From positions 6,045 through 70,044 of the forward strand of contig JAFPVA010000235.1 in assembly GCA_017413105.1 (NCBI GenBank): a stretch of 64,000 nt of DNA. The letters are read 5' to 3'. The DNA comes from Butyrivibrio sp. (GTDB lineage: Bacteria > Bacillota > Clostridia > Lachnospirales > Lachnospiraceae). The translations under genes were made by a program, and so were the position numbers. Positions 25,776 through 36,520 of this stretch are shown in pieces. Each line of letters starts with the position of its first letter. Position 1 is the first letter of the stretch. The notes under the pieces are model-generated. The model was not told the DNA's origin and ran no database searches. It saw nothing but the letters and a program-made list of their open reading frames with translations.

Positions 25776-28109
25776 CTATAATATTTCCTTTATTGCACTC
25801 TTTAAATTCTCCGATATGTCTGCACAGGAAAGCCACTTGGCAAAAGCATCTCTCTCAAGGTTCATGAGTTTATTATAAATAGCATCCTTGTCCGTGGTCT
25901 TTATCCAGGCTCTGTCCAGGATCTCAAAAACCAGCTTTCTGTAGTCGTTTTCAAGAAGTTCCACGCCCGAAAGTTCCACAACAAGTTCTTCCTTAACGTC
26001 TGTTTCCGGAAGTCTTACGATAGCTGAATATCCGGTTGTGCTAAGGACTTCAAGGTCTTTTCCATTTACCTTTGCTGCCTTTACATCGATGCCATAAAAC
26101 TCCAGCTCATAGCTTCTTTTCTCAGGTAAAAGAGAAGTATCTCCTGCAGCACGATGTACGATAAATACTGTGATCTTTTTTTCCTCGTCAAAAGAAACTT
26201 CGTACAGGGTTCTTGCAAAAGCACCGTTTTTGTACTCCATGCTTATGCCATCATCCTCGTAAAGAGTGTAATTTCCACTGTTACCTCCACCCACAAGGAT
26301 ATGAAGGCTCTTTGGATTGCCTGTACCGTTTATATTTTCAGGGTCACCAACTGCCAGGGGAACAATTCCTCCCCATGCCAAAAGAACCGGCAGCTCCGAC
26401 AACTTTCTGTAGAGTTTTTTGGTACTCTTTCCCTTATAGATACGGCCGTTGAAAACATCATACCATCTTCCCTGCGGAATAAGCGCTCTCGTGCAGCCGA
26501 GCCTGAGCTGTTCATCATCGGGACTTGTAATGGCACTTACCAGAAGGCTTTCGCCAAACTTGTACTGATCAGGCACATCATAGCTGTCATCGTTTTCCGA
26601 ATAGTCATAATACATGGGCCTTACAAGAGGCTTCGACTCCTCATAGGCTCTGTGATTTTCAGTATAAAGATATGGAATCAGCCCGTGCCTCAGCTTCATG
26701 AACTTCTTAACAATGCTCCTGTAGGGCTCCTCTAAAAGCCAGGGCTCCTTGTTAAAGAAGGGACTGTTGCTGCTGTGGATCCTCATTATCGGAGAAAAAA
26801 CTCCATACTCTATCCACCTGATAAGGCGGTCTAAGTTCTTATCTCCCAGCATATGTCCGCCGATATCATGGCTCCACATACCATATCCAATGTTGCTGGC
26901 TGTGCTGGTAAAATAAGGCTGAAACTCAAGGGACTTCCAGGTCACATGAGTATCTCCGGAAAATCCCACAGGATATCTGTGGCTTCCAACGCCGGCATAT
27001 CTTGAGAAGATCATGGGTCTTAGATTTCTCTTTTCCTGATCCTCGTAGTGATAATGATTCAAAAGAAGAAGCGGGTCCACGTCGCCCTCTTTTTTCCCGG
27101 TTCCCTGCTGCCAGTCTATCCACCAGAAGTCCACGCCGTCACTCTCATAGGGATGCATTACTGTCTCAAAATATGCCTCTCTGAAGTCCTTATCTCCAAA
27201 GTCAAAATCTATTGTAAGAGGCTCTTCTGACTTGTCTCCCAGAGCTTTTTTCATGTCATCAAACATGGCTTCAAAAGGTCTTATGCCATCTGCAGGATGA
27301 AGGTTTAGTGTCACCGCCAGCTTCCTGTCGTGGAGCTTTTTAAGAAACCTCTTATAATCCGGGAAAAGCTCCTCATTCCAGGTATATCCTGTCCATCCTG
27401 AGCCATACTTTGCATCAACTTCAGTAAGATGCCAGTCCATGTCAATAACCGCCACAGAAAGAGGAATGCCCTCTTTGGCGAAGTTATCCATGACCTCCAT
27501 GTAGGACTCTTCGGTATACTTATAGTATCTGCTCCACCAGTTTCCAAGAGCATACCTTGGAATCATGGGCATCCTTCCGCATAATCTGCAGAAGTCTTTT
27601 AGACCTGCGTAATAATCCCTTCCGTATCCGAAAAAGTAGATGTCGATATTGTCATCCGCTCTTTTTACAAACTCTCCGTCTTCAAGCACAGGGCTTTTGC
27701 TGTCGTCAATAACTGCATAGCCGTTCCTGCCAAATATACCCTTTTCCAGCCTTACTTTTCCGTCTGCATCATCAAGGGTCCTTGCGGTTCCTCCAAGATT
27801 GGACCAGTCATCATAGGCCTCACCGTAGTTCCAGGTGCAGTCTGTCTCCTTAAGCCTGATCTTCAGTCCCAGCGAAGAAAACTCTTTTTTGTCATAGGAA
27901 AGAACCAGATACTCTGTCTCTATCTCCAGTTCATCCTCTGATTCCCTCACATTAAAGTTCTGATGCGCATATAAATCATCATCCGATAAATTGCGATTTG
28001 TCACCGCAAAGGATGGCCTGTCCTCGAACTTCCCGGCACCGCTGTATTCAAGTCTGATCAGCCTGTCTGCAAGAACTGAGATGCGGTATTTTTCTCCATT
28101 AAACTCCAT
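25776..28109 (-). CDS. GH31 alpha-glucosidase/alpha-xylosidase-family glycoside hydrolase
   Basis: NWWSRY, VIDMDWH, WWIDWQQG, FSGDT, WSHDIGG and RIH motifs. Confidence 0.92.
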   Translation of the reverse strand: MEFNGEKYRISVLADRLIRLEYSGAGKFEDRPSFAVTNRNLSDDDLYAHQNFNVRESEDELEIETEYLVLSYDKKEFSSLGLKIRLKETDCTWNYGEAYDDWSNLGGTARTLDDADGKVRLEKGIFGRNGYAVIDDSKSPVLEDGEFVKRADDNIDIYFFGYGRDYYAGLKDFCRLCGRMPMIPRYALGNWWSRYYKYTEESYMEVMDNFAKEGIPLSVAVIDMDWHLTEVDAKYGSGWTGYTWNEELFPDYKRFLKKLHDRKLAVTLNLHPADGIRPFEAMFDDMKKALGDKSEEPLTIDFDFGDKDFREAYFETVMHPYESDGVDFWWIDWQQGTGKKEGDVDPLLLLNHYHYEDQEKRNLRPMIFSRYAGVGSHRYPVGFSGDTHVTWKSLEFQPYFTSTASNIGYGMWSHDIGGHMLGDKNLDRLIRWIEYGVFSPIMRIHSSNSPFFNKEPWLLEEPYRSIVKKFMKLRHGLIPYLYTENHRAYEESKPLVRPMYYDYSENDDSYDVPDQYKFGESLLVSAITSPDDEQLRLGCTRALIPQGRWYDVFNGRIYKGKSTKKLYRKLSELPVLLAWGGIVPLAVGDPENINGTGNPKSLHILVGGGNSGNYTLYEDDGISMEYKNGAFARTLYEVSFDEEKKITVFIVHRAAGDTSLLPEKRSYELEFYGIDVKAAKVNGKDLEVLSTTGYSAIVRLPETDVKEELVVELSGVELLENDYRKLVFEILDRAWIKTTDKDAIYNKLMNLERDAFAKWLSCADISENLKSAIKEIL

Positions 28110-29839
28110 TATCTTGTCCTCATTTTTATGATATAAGAACTTCCGGCGGGAATCACAAGTTCATACTCGCCGCCATCAAGTTTTTTCCCGGAAAAAGGCG
28201 TGCCCAGCTCGTCCACGTTCTCCTGTGGCTCAAGAGCTCCCACATAATCAACAGGAATACGGATTCTCTTTTCCTCATCCTCCATGGAGATCACGCCCAG
28301 ATATATATTATCATCCATAAACCTGGAAACTACCAGAGTGTGCTCCTTGGAATAAAGAACCTTTCTTCCGCCTTCGGCAAAGGCCGGCTCGTTGTTTCTT
28401 AGCCAAAAGAGCTTTTGATACGTCCTAAAGTTCTTCCTGCTCTTTCTCTCTGCTTCCTCATCCCAGGGCATCTGATATCTGAAGCCGCTGTCATGCTCTA
28501 TATAGCCGTCAATCTCCAGTTCATCCCCGTAGTATATGCATGGTATTCCTGTCCAGAAAAGCTGAGCAATTACCATGCTCTGCCATCTCTTATCATCAAT
28601 CTCCGGATTGTTATGAGCCCTAGAGACATCATGGGAATCAAAGAGATTCATGGAGCAGTCAGCAACTGCCTGAGGGATGAGACTGTAAAACTCCTCAGTT
28701 CTTTTGACCACATCCTCAGAAGTCATCTTATAGGGTATAGCCCTGAAGGTCTCATTTCTCTCAAGGAAAAGATCCTTCAGCCCCGCAAACTGCCTGATTA
28801 TCCTGCCAAAGCCGAAGTAGTTCATGGTAGCATTCCACAGATCTCCCTGCAAAAACTCCGTGCACTCACCCCAGTGCTCGCCGATTATCATGGCATCACT
28901 TTTCTCTTCCCTTATGACCGAGCAGAGCTCTTTCCAGAGCTCATCCGCAAGCTGAACATCGTCGTTTCTTCCCCAGACGTCAGCCACGTCAAAGCGCCAG
29001 CCATCAATACTGTAGGGAGGTCTAAGCCACTTCCTTATGACTGAGTCTTTACCTCTGTAGATAAGTTCCCTTACTTCTTCGTTTCTGTAATCAAGGACAG
29101 GAAGACCCTTATAGCCTGCCCAGCCCTTAAGCTCGCCCTTCTCATCCTCCAGATAATATTCTCTCTTCTCTTTTACCCAGGAGTACTTAAGACCCGTGTG
29201 ATTGATGGAGATATCAAGAATAAGCTTTAAGCCGTTTTCGTGAAGAGCCTTTGAAAGCTCCTCCAGAGCCTTGTCTCCGCCCAGGGATTCGTCCACGTGA
29301 AAATAATCTGCGCAGTCGTACTTGTGCTCGCTGGGAGCGGAAAATATCGGGTTTAAGTAAACTGCAGTTACACCCAGCTCTTTTAAGTAAGGTATCTTTT
29401 CTATGACACCATAGAGGGAATGATCCTTAAAGCTGGTGGGAAAAATCTGGTAATATACAGCGCCCTTTACCCAGTCCGGCTGCTCGTAAAGAGCAAGAAG
29501 CGTGAAGTTATGCTTATCATCCGGCACGTAGGTGGTCACCCCCGCCTGGGTGTAAAAGTAGATAACATCTCTGCAGGCAATGACAAAATAATAGGAGAGC
29601 CTTGGCTCATTCATCACCGTCTCGGCGCTGTAGTAAAATAGCCCCGCAAAGGACTTCTCTTTTCTCATCTCGATATATTCTTCTGCGCCGTTAGAAATGC
29701 GCCTTATAAATATCTTTTCCACAGGAGCCCCCTCAAGGAGCCTTATGGAAATCTTAACTTTTTCCTTCAGCTTTGGCACAGGGGTGCTGACAAAGCCCCT
29801 TGTGCCGTCACTGTAGATACTCTCTAACCAATTACTCAT
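28109..29839 (-). CDS. GH13 alpha-glycosidase (maltodextrin glucosidase/neopullulanase-like)
   Basis: YQIFP, YLNPIF..HKYD, DISINH, DGWRFDVA, GEHW, SHD and YYGDE motifs. Confidence 0.92.
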   Translation of the reverse strand: MSNWLESIYSDGTRGFVSTPVPKLKEKVKISIRLLEGAPVEKIFIRRISNGAEEYIEMRKEKSFAGLFYYSAETVMNEPRLSYYFVIACRDVIYFYTQAGVTTYVPDDKHNFTLLALYEQPDWVKGAVYYQIFPTSFKDHSLYGVIEKIPYLKELGVTAVYLNPIFSAPSEHKYDCADYFHVDESLGGDKALEELSKALHENGLKLILDISINHTGLKYSWVKEKREYYLEDEKGELKGWAGYKGLPVLDYRNEEVRELIYRGKDSVIRKWLRPPYSIDGWRFDVADVWGRNDDVQLADELWKELCSVIREEKSDAMIIGEHWGECTEFLQGDLWNATMNYFGFGRIIRQFAGLKDLFLERNETFRAIPYKMTSEDVVKRTEEFYSLIPQAVADCSMNLFDSHDVSRAHNNPEIDDKRWQSMVIAQLFWTGIPCIYYGDELEIDGYIEHDSGFRYQMPWDEEAERKSRKNFRTYQKLFWLRNNEPAFAEGGRKVLYSKEHTLVVSRFMDDNIYLGVISMEDEEKRIRIPVDYVGALEPQENVDELGTPFSGKKLDGGEYELVIPAGSSYIIKMRTR

Positions 29840-29842
29840 TTT

Positions 29843-31111
29843 TTATCCCTTTACCGATCCTGAAAGCCCCTCAACATAGAACCTCTGGAGCCAGACAAAT
29901 AAAATTACTATCGGCAATGCTACGATCACAGCACCGGCTGCAAACTGCGTGTAATATGTATCAATTCTCTTAAAGTCTGTGAGCCAGTAAAGACCTACTG
30001 CTACAGTGTATGAACTCTGCTTGTCTCCAAAGAGCATACTTGGGAAAATATAGTCTGACCAGGCGCCCAAAAAACTTCCCAAAACAGTATATACGATTAT
30101 GGATTTGGACAGAGGCAGTGTCACATGCAAAAAGATTTGAAGTCTTGAGGCGCCGTCTATGATGGCTGCCTCATCGATTGCCTTTGGAATCGTGTCAAAA
30201 AATCCCTTGCTGACGTGATAGCCCATGGCCGCTCCGGCTGCACCAACTACGATAAGAGCCATAAGGGACTGATTCAGTCCAATACCCTTAAGAATATTAT
30301 AAACCGCAATCAGTGACATGAAACCGGGGAACATTCCGATTATCATAAGAATGTTCATAAAACCTTTTCTCCCTGCAAATCTGGTCCTGCTAAGGACATA
30401 GGATGTCATCAGGATGATAAGCGTATTGATGACACAGCTGCAGGCTGCAACTATCAGGGTGTTCAGCCACCATTTAGCAAAAGGAAGTACACTATTATTA
30501 GTGAATAGATTGATAAAGTTATCAAAGGTAAACCCCCTTGGGATAAAGTATCCAACGTAGTAGCCCTGCTCTGCTCTGAAGGCTGTAAGCACGATCCACA
30601 GAATCGGGAAAAGCCATATAACGCCAAGAACAGAAAGAGCAATATAACCAACATTTGTCTTTGTTACATTCATGATAAAGATAAGGGCTACAAGAGAAGC
30701 CACAAACAATATCCAGTAGCCAAAAGAAAGCTCCTTGTTCAGGAAGTTTCCGGCAAGGCCTGACGCCTTACCCATGGCCCTTGTGGAAAACATGAGCAGC
30801 CCGGCAAATACTGTTGCAAGCGCCTGAATCCACTGCCATGCTTTCATGATCTTTTCATTTGTCTTTTTTATGGAGATGGCCGCCAGAACCACTGCCAGCA
30901 GTGTAAAAGCAAAGGCTCCGTAGACAAAGATATATGACCCGGAAAATTCTTTTCCCAAAAGCGTAGCTGCCACACCCGCCACGGATCTGCTGCCGTCTTC
31001 GAGTTTCATATATGGCAGGAAAAGAGCTATGAAGGAAAGGAGCGATGCCACCACTGCCTTAAAATGATGCTTTAAGTTTAATCCTATTACTGTTTTATTA
31101 AAGTTACCCAT
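29843..31111 (-). CDS. Maltodextrin ABC transporter permease (MalG/MalD-like, extended N-terminus)
   Basis: EAA motif DEAAIIDGAS; C-terminal GLSGSVKG. Confidence 0.9.
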   Translation of the reverse strand: MGNFNKTVIGLNLKHHFKAVVASLLSFIALFLPYMKLEDGSRSVAGVAATLLGKEFSGSYIFVYGAFAFTLLAVVLAAISIKKTNEKIMKAWQWIQALATVFAGLLMFSTRAMGKASGLAGNFLNKELSFGYWILFVASLVALIFIMNVTKTNVGYIALSVLGVIWLFPILWIVLTAFRAEQGYYVGYFIPRGFTFDNFINLFTNNSVLPFAKWWLNTLIVAACSCVINTLIILMTSYVLSRTRFAGRKGFMNILMIIGMFPGFMSLIAVYNILKGIGLNQSLMALIVVGAAGAAMGYHVSKGFFDTIPKAIDEAAIIDGASRLQIFLHVTLPLSKSIIVYTVLGSFLGAWSDYIFPSMLFGDKQSSYTVAVGLYWLTDFKRIDTYYTQFAAGAVIVALPIVILFVWLQRFYVEGLSGSVKG

Positions 31112-32472
31112 TATTGGAATCCCTCCTCATTTTTCATGGCACCGGATCTTGAGAAAGAAATCAGTGTAAAGGTTGCTGAGATCACAAAGATGATAATGCC
31201 GATGGTAGCAGCTAGGTTATAGTCGTTGCTGTCCTTGGTCAGCTTATATAGCCAGGTAACCAGAAGGTCCGTCTTTCCCGCTCCCTTAAAGTAGTCCAGA
31301 GTCAGAGGCTCTCCTGCTGTAAGGAAATAGATGGTGTTAAAGTTGTTGAAGTTACCTATAAGATTAGAGATCAGGTAAGGTGTGGTCACAAACCACATGT
31401 ATGGGAAGGTTATCTTCAAAAAGGTAACCACAGGACCTGCGCCATCAATCTTTGCACTCTCATAGAGTTCTCCAGGAATATTCATGAGAATACCGCTCAC
31501 CATCAGCATGGTTACCGGAACTCCGATCCAGAAGTTAACAACGATGACCGAAACTCTTGCCCAGGTCACGTTTGATAAAAACGGCAGCGCCGATGCGGTG
31601 AAGCCCCACTGCTGAAGAAGAACATTTAGGATTCCCCTCTCACCAAGCATTGTCGATACAACACGAAGTGAGATAAATGCAGGAATTGCCATGGTTATTA
31701 CAAAAACCGTTCTCCAGAATTTTTTATATTCAATTCCCTTGGAATTAATTATCATAGCCAGTATCATCCCGCCAAAGTAGCAGGTGAAGGTTGCTGCAAA
31801 GCCCCAGATAAGGGTCCATCCAAGAACAGGCCAGAAAGTGTTTGAGAGCCTGTCACCTGTAGACAGCAGGGTAAAAAAGTTTTTTACGCCAACCCAGGTA
31901 AACAGATTTCCCGGTGGCTGATGATCCTGATCGTAGTTGGTAAATGCCATCAGGATCATGTAGATAAGCGGCATTACCGTAAAAGTTGAAAGTCCGATGA
32001 CCGGCACTGAGAGAAACAAAAAGTGCACGTTCTCATTGGCAAGACTCTTTACATCCTCAAGGAAGGTTGCAGGTCTTTTGCCGTTTGCTCTTAGCTGTCT
32101 TGCTCTTTCACCTGAATATATGGAAAAGAGTCCCAATGCTATAAAAAAGCCTGTGATAACAAGTGTTACAACTCCGGCAAGAAGTATAAGCATGGAGTTG
32201 TCTCCCTTGGTGATCTCATAAATACCAAGACTTTCGTTATAAGTCATACCCTGGGTGTTTACTCCAAGAGTTCTCATCATGTGAAGGTTATGACTTCCTG
32301 TCAGGATCATGAAAGCAATATATGCTATCTCCAGAACAAGGAAGATCAGTCCCTTTAGTACCTGTCCGTTTTTAATATTTGAAAGACCAAATACCACATA
32401 GGAAAGCTTGGAAAAAATATCGCCTTTGGTAAACGTCGTTATTATATTCCTTTGTTTGTTAACTACCTTCAT
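31111..32472 (-). CDS. Maltodextrin ABC transporter permease (MalF/MalC-like)
   Basis: LYESAKIDGAG, NFNNFN and TDLLVTWLYKLT. Start at ATG 32472 after GAGGT. Confidence 0.9.
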   Translation of the reverse strand: MKVVNKQRNIITTFTKGDIFSKLSYVVFGLSNIKNGQVLKGLIFLVLEIAYIAFMILTGSHNLHMMRTLGVNTQGMTYNESLGIYEITKGDNSMLILLAGVVTLVITGFFIALGLFSIYSGERARQLRANGKRPATFLEDVKSLANENVHFLFLSVPVIGLSTFTVMPLIYMILMAFTNYDQDHQPPGNLFTWVGVKNFFTLLSTGDRLSNTFWPVLGWTLIWGFAATFTCYFGGMILAMIINSKGIEYKKFWRTVFVITMAIPAFISLRVVSTMLGERGILNVLLQQWGFTASALPFLSNVTWARVSVIVVNFWIGVPVTMLMVSGILMNIPGELYESAKIDGAGPVVTFLKITFPYMWFVTTPYLISNLIGNFNNFNTIYFLTAGEPLTLDYFKGAGKTDLLVTWLYKLTKDSNDYNLAATIGIIIFVISATFTLISFSRSGAMKNEEGFQ

Positions 32473-32492
32473 TGTAACTACCTCATATATGG

Positions 32493-32549
32493 GAAACAGG
32501 GCTGCTTTCACGGCATTTGCTTTCTTTTGGAAAGCAGCAGCCCCGTTTC
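32493..32549 (-). terminator. Intercistronic hairpin between the binding-protein and permease genes
   Basis: gaaacagggctgctttc...gaaagcagcagccccgtttc; such hairpins commonly stabilise or attenuate sugar ABC transcripts. Confidence 0.55.
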
Positions 32550-32560
32550 TTTAGAATTTA

Positions 32561-33874
32561 TTAATTTGTAAGCGTGCTGGTAATGCTGTCTACGAGAGCA
32601 TCAAGCTGGCTCTGAAGATTAGCCTCCGTTACTTCACCGTTATATACGGCTACACCAAAAGCCTTCATTGGATCCCAGTAATCGCCCATCTTAGGGATGC
32701 TTGGCTGGTTTGTAGCAAATGCTGCCTGATCGTTAAGTGCGCTGGCTACGATATCATTCTTAATCTCGTCGCTCTCTGAAAGAGACTTAAGAACCGGAAC
32801 ATCACCCTGCTCGTTGTATCTTGTAAGGCAGCTCTCAGGACTTGCAAGATATACAGCAAGCTGCTGAGCGCAGAGTGGATACTGAGTATTCGACTTAACT
32901 GTGATGGTCTTGAAATCAACGAAATTGGAAAGCTGTACGTCTTTTCCACCGATATTTGCTACAGGAAGAGCAACTGCTCCAACCTTATCTCCAAGCGCCT
33001 GCCTGAAATCAGGAGCGCTCCATGCTCCGCTTGTTACTGCGCCAAGTTTTCCCTCTTTGAAAGCATTACCGCCGACACCGTCTGCATCCTCAAGATACTT
33101 TGCATTTGCTGCAAGCTCTATCATGTACTTACCTGCCTCAACACCCTTTTCATTATTGAAGGTGCAGTCATCAGCATTGCTTCCGTCTTCGCCAAAGAGT
33201 GTGCAGCCGTTTCCAAGGAAGAACATCTCTGCGTACCAGGAATTAGTAAGCTGTGTACTGAAGTTCCACATGCCATCGCCAAGGTCCTTTGCCATCATTG
33301 TGTCAAGACTCTTTACCTCTTCCTCTGTGAAGAAATCTTTGTTGTAGTACATGAAGAAGGTATTAGGTGAGAATGGAACCGCATAGGTAAGGCCGTCAAT
33401 TGTTACTGCGTTGATAGCACTCTCAGGAAGGTCAGCTGTCAGGGTATCAAAATCCTTTGTGATTGGAAGAAGAAGTCCCTTTCCTGCAAGATCGCCCACA
33501 CCGCCGCTTGGTGTGTAGAAGATATCAGCTGCTGTATCTGCGTCTGTCTCAAGAGCCTGTGGTGCTTCATCAATTCCCACAACAGCGATCTCATAAGTGA
33601 TATCAAACTCATCATGAGCAGCGTCGAATTTCTTAACCATTTCATCTGTAATGGCTACCTCTTCCTCAGGAACCCAGATCTTAAGTTCAACCTTCTGCGC
33701 CTCGGCTGCTTCAACAGCTGCAGGAGCAGATGTATCTGCCTCGCTCTTTGCAGAAGTGGTTGTATCATTTCCCTGTGCTTCACTTGCGGATGCGTTTTCC
33801 CCGCCGCATCCGGTAAGCGCGGAAACTCCCAGCATAGCTGTCATAGCTAAGGCACCAATTTTTTGCATTTTCAT
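32561..33874 (-). CDS. Sugar ABC transporter substrate-binding lipoprotein (MalE/MdxE-like)
   Basis: Lipobox LTGC; YAVPF, MYYNK and PSIPKMGDYW motifs. Confidence 0.9.
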   Translation of the reverse strand: MKMQKIGALAMTAMLGVSALTGCGGENASASEAQGNDTTTSAKSEADTSAPAAVEAAEAQKVELKIWVPEEEVAITDEMVKKFDAAHDEFDITYEIAVVGIDEAPQALETDADTAADIFYTPSGGVGDLAGKGLLLPITKDFDTLTADLPESAINAVTIDGLTYAVPFSPNTFFMYYNKDFFTEEEVKSLDTMMAKDLGDGMWNFSTQLTNSWYAEMFFLGNGCTLFGEDGSNADDCTFNNEKGVEAGKYMIELAANAKYLEDADGVGGNAFKEGKLGAVTSGAWSAPDFRQALGDKVGAVALPVANIGGKDVQLSNFVDFKTITVKSNTQYPLCAQQLAVYLASPESCLTRYNEQGDVPVLKSLSESDEIKNDIVASALNDQAAFATNQPSIPKMGDYWDPMKAFGVAVYNGEVTEANLQSQLDALVDSITSTLTN

Positions 33875-33892
33875 TTTGTAATCCTCCTTTGT

Positions 33893-33943
33893 TGGTTAAT
33901 CGGTTTACCAAGACTATAAAGGGTCAAGGTTAACCGGTCAACC
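33893..33943 (-). promoter_or_regulatory. SigA promoter of the maltodextrin operon with two LacI-type operators
   Basis: Minus-strand TTGACC (33941-33936), 17 nt, TATAGT (33918-33913); palindromes TGGTTAATCGGTTTACCA (33893-33910) and GGTTAACCGGTCAACC (33928-33943). Confidence 0.75.
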
Positions 33944-34079
33944 CATCGGGAGGATTTTCCATTTTTTCAATAAATATTTGGAATTTGGCTGCTGATTAGT
34001 AAAGAAATTTTAGGATATTTTGATATAGATTTTAGTAAACAGATAACCTCGTGAATTTTACTCCACGAGGTTATCCTTA

Positions 34080-35093
34080 TCATTCATATAGATTTTTAAC
34101 TGATTGTCTCTCAATGACCCTTATGGGCTGCCTCTCATCCGCCACAAGAGTGCTCTTGTCCGCGATCATTTTAAAGAGGTATTTGCTGGCTTTTCTGGCC
34201 TTCCACTCAAAATCCTGTGCTATCGAAGTGAGCTTTGGTGACATGAATTCACAATCCGGCAGGTTATCAAAACCTATGACCGACATGTCATAGGGAACTC
34301 TTAACCCGCACTGCTTAAGACCTTCCACCACTCCAAAAGCCACAATGTCAGACATACAGGCTATAGCTGTATAATCTCCGCCTCCGAAGGCAATGTCCTG
34401 TCCCACTAGAACGCCGCTCTGATAGGTGGATTCAGTGTAGTAGATATTGCCCTTTTTGAAGGCAACTCCCGCTTCCCTGCAGGCATCCGAAAAGCCCCTG
34501 TACCTTTCCTTGATAACGCCCTCCGAAGAGATATCCGGGGTTACCAGGGCAATCTTCTCATGACCTTTACCGATGAGATATCTGGCTGAAAGATAACCAC
34601 CTCTGTAGTCCTCAATACCTATGTTAACTATTTCTTCACCGGGAGCATAGGTATCCAGGAACACTATGGGAATATCTATCTGGCTCTTGATCTCAGGCAC
34701 TTCATCCTTATATATTCCGAGGAAAAAGGCTCCGTCTACATTCCAGGAGGATAAAAGCGGCACAATCTCTCTTGGATCACCCACGCACCTCAACATCAGG
34801 TAGTAGTCATTCCCCCTTATGTAGCGCTCCAGTGCAGCGATTATATGGGCATTGTAGGGATTGGCAAAAAAGTCTTCATCCTTACCAAGATACGGAACCA
34901 CAAGCCCTATAAGCCTGCTCTCTTTTTTTACCAGAGACCTTGCCATAACGCTTGGTTTATAGCCTGTCTCCCTGATTATCTCTTCAATCTTTTCCCTGGT
35001 CTCATCCGAAACCTTGGCAAGTTTTCCATTTATTACGTTTGAAACGGTAGCCGTACTGACGCCTGCCCTCTGTGCAATTTCTCTGATATTCAT
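34080..35093 (-). CDS. LacI-family transcriptional regulator
   Basis: MNIREIAQRAGVSTATVSNVIN HTH; RVPYDMSVIGFDN. Confidence 0.95.
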   Translation of the reverse strand: MNIREIAQRAGVSTATVSNVINGKLAKVSDETREKIEEIIRETGYKPSVMARSLVKKESRLIGLVVPYLGKDEDFFANPYNAHIIAALERYIRGNDYYLMLRCVGDPREIVPLLSSWNVDGAFFLGIYKDEVPEIKSQIDIPIVFLDTYAPGEEIVNIGIEDYRGGYLSARYLIGKGHEKIALVTPDISSEGVIKERYRGFSDACREAGVAFKKGNIYYTESTYQSGVLVGQDIAFGGGDYTAIACMSDIVAFGVVEGLKQCGLRVPYDMSVIGFDNLPDCEFMSPKLTSIAQDFEWKARKASKYLFKMIADKSTLVADERQPIRVIERQSVKNLYE

Positions 35094-35126
35094 GTTCGTA
35101 AACTCCTCGGGTAATACTAATCGTTT

Positions 35127-35181
35127 AGGTAAAACGGTTAACCTTGAGTTTACTATACATATTTTTAGCAGGAACTGTCAA
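35127..35181 (-). promoter_or_regulatory. Promoter and autoregulatory operator of the lacI-family gene
   Basis: Minus-strand TTGACA (35181-35176), 18 nt, TATAGT (35157-35152); operator AGGTAAAACGGTTAACCT (35127-35144) resembles the two sites at 33.9 kb. Confidence 0.7.
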
Positions 35182-35397
35182 TACCTAACTCTAGCAATAT
35201 AGCCTATAGCGCAAACCAAAATCTGTGCAAAACAGCGAAAGTATCGCATTTATCCCCAATTTCCTTGACAGCACAGGAACCACTTCTATATCATTTAATA
35301 GTACAAAATCTATTCAGTTTCTATATTGGGGATATATATAGCAAATTACGAATGCAAACCCTGCGGGGGATGTAAATAAATTTATAGGAGAAGAAGT

Positions 35398-36465
35398 ATG
35401 AAAGGTTTTGCAATGCTCAAAATCGGCGAAGTTGGCTGGATTGAGAAAGAGCGCCCTGTCTGCGGACCTATGGACGCCATCTGTAAGCCACTTGCCATCG
35501 CCATCTGTACATCAGATGTCCACACTGTCTGGGAAGGTGCTGTAGGAGACAGACACAATATGATCCTTGGACATGAGGGATGCGCTGAAGTCGTAGAAGT
35601 TGGTTCTATGGTTAAGGATTTCAAGCCGGGCGATAAGGTTCTTGTACCTGCTATCACACCTGACTGGAACTCTCTCGAAGCCCAGAAGGGCTATTCAATG
35701 CACTCCGGTGGAATGCTTGCAGGTTGGAAATTCTCCAACTTCAAGGATGGTCTTGATTCCGAGTTTTTCCATGTTAACGATGCTGACGGCAACCTTGCTC
35801 ACATGCCTGAGGGCATGAGCCTCGAAGATGCATGTATGCTTTCCGATATGGTTCCTACCGGTTTCCACGGTGTAGAGCTGGCTGACGTTCAGTTTGGTGA
35901 CACTGTTCTTGTTATAGGTATCGGCCCTGTTGGTCTTATGTCTACAGCCGGAGCACGTATGCGTGGCGCTTCCCGTATTCTTTGCGTTGGTACGCGTCCT
36001 AAGTGCGTTGAGATTGCAAAGTTTTACGGTGCTGACGAGTTCATCAGCTACAAGAATGGCACCATCGAAGATCAGGTTATGAAGCTTACAAACGGTCAGG
36101 GCGTTGACCGTGTTGTCATCGCCGGTGGTACAGTAGAAACCTTCGAGTCTGCTGTTAAATCTCTTAAGCCGGGCGGAACAATCGGTAACGTAAACTACCT
36201 TGGAAGCGGCGACTTCATTACAATTCCTCGTGTTGAATGGGGTGTTGGTATGGGTCACAAGCAGATCAACGGTGGTCTTATGCCAGGCGGACGTCTCCGT
36301 ATGGAGAAGCTTGGCTCCCTGGTATCTTCAGGTAAGCTCGATGTTTCTCCTCTTGCTACTCACGTTTTCCATGGATGGGAGCATATTCCGGAGGCTCTGC
36401 AGCTTATGAAGGACAAGCCTGCTGATCTCATCAAGCCGGTTGTTATTCTTGATAACAACCCATAA
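35398..36465 (+). CDS. adh: Zn-containing NADP-dependent secondary alcohol (isopropanol) dehydrogenase
   Basis: MKGFAML...CTSDVH...GHE, SDM, GIGPVG and GTR (NADP-type); closely follows the C. beijerinckii/T. brockii ADH pattern. Confidence 0.92.
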   Translation: MKGFAMLKIGEVGWIEKERPVCGPMDAICKPLAIAICTSDVHTVWEGAVGDRHNMILGHEGCAEVVEVGSMVKDFKPGDKVLVPAITPDWNSLEAQKGYSMHSGGMLAGWKFSNFKDGLDSEFFHVNDADGNLAHMPEGMSLEDACMLSDMVPTGFHGVELADVQFGDTVLVIGIGPVGLMSTAGARMRGASRILCVGTRPKCVEIAKFYGADEFISYKNGTIEDQVMKLTNGQGVDRVVIAGGTVETFESAVKSLKPGGTIGNVNYLGSGDFITIPRVEWGVGMGHKQINGGLMPGGRLRMEKLGSLVSSGKLDVSPLATHVFHGWEHIPEALQLMKDKPADLIKPVVILDNNP

Positions 36466-36482
36466 ATATGTATAACGCATAA

Positions 36483-36508
36483 AAGGAGCGGCTCTAGCGC
36501 CGCTCCTT
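36483..36508 (+). terminator. Hairpin after adh
   Basis: aaggagcggc-tctagc-gccgctcctt followed by attt. Confidence 0.65.
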
Positions 36509-36520
36509 ATTTGAGGTAAT

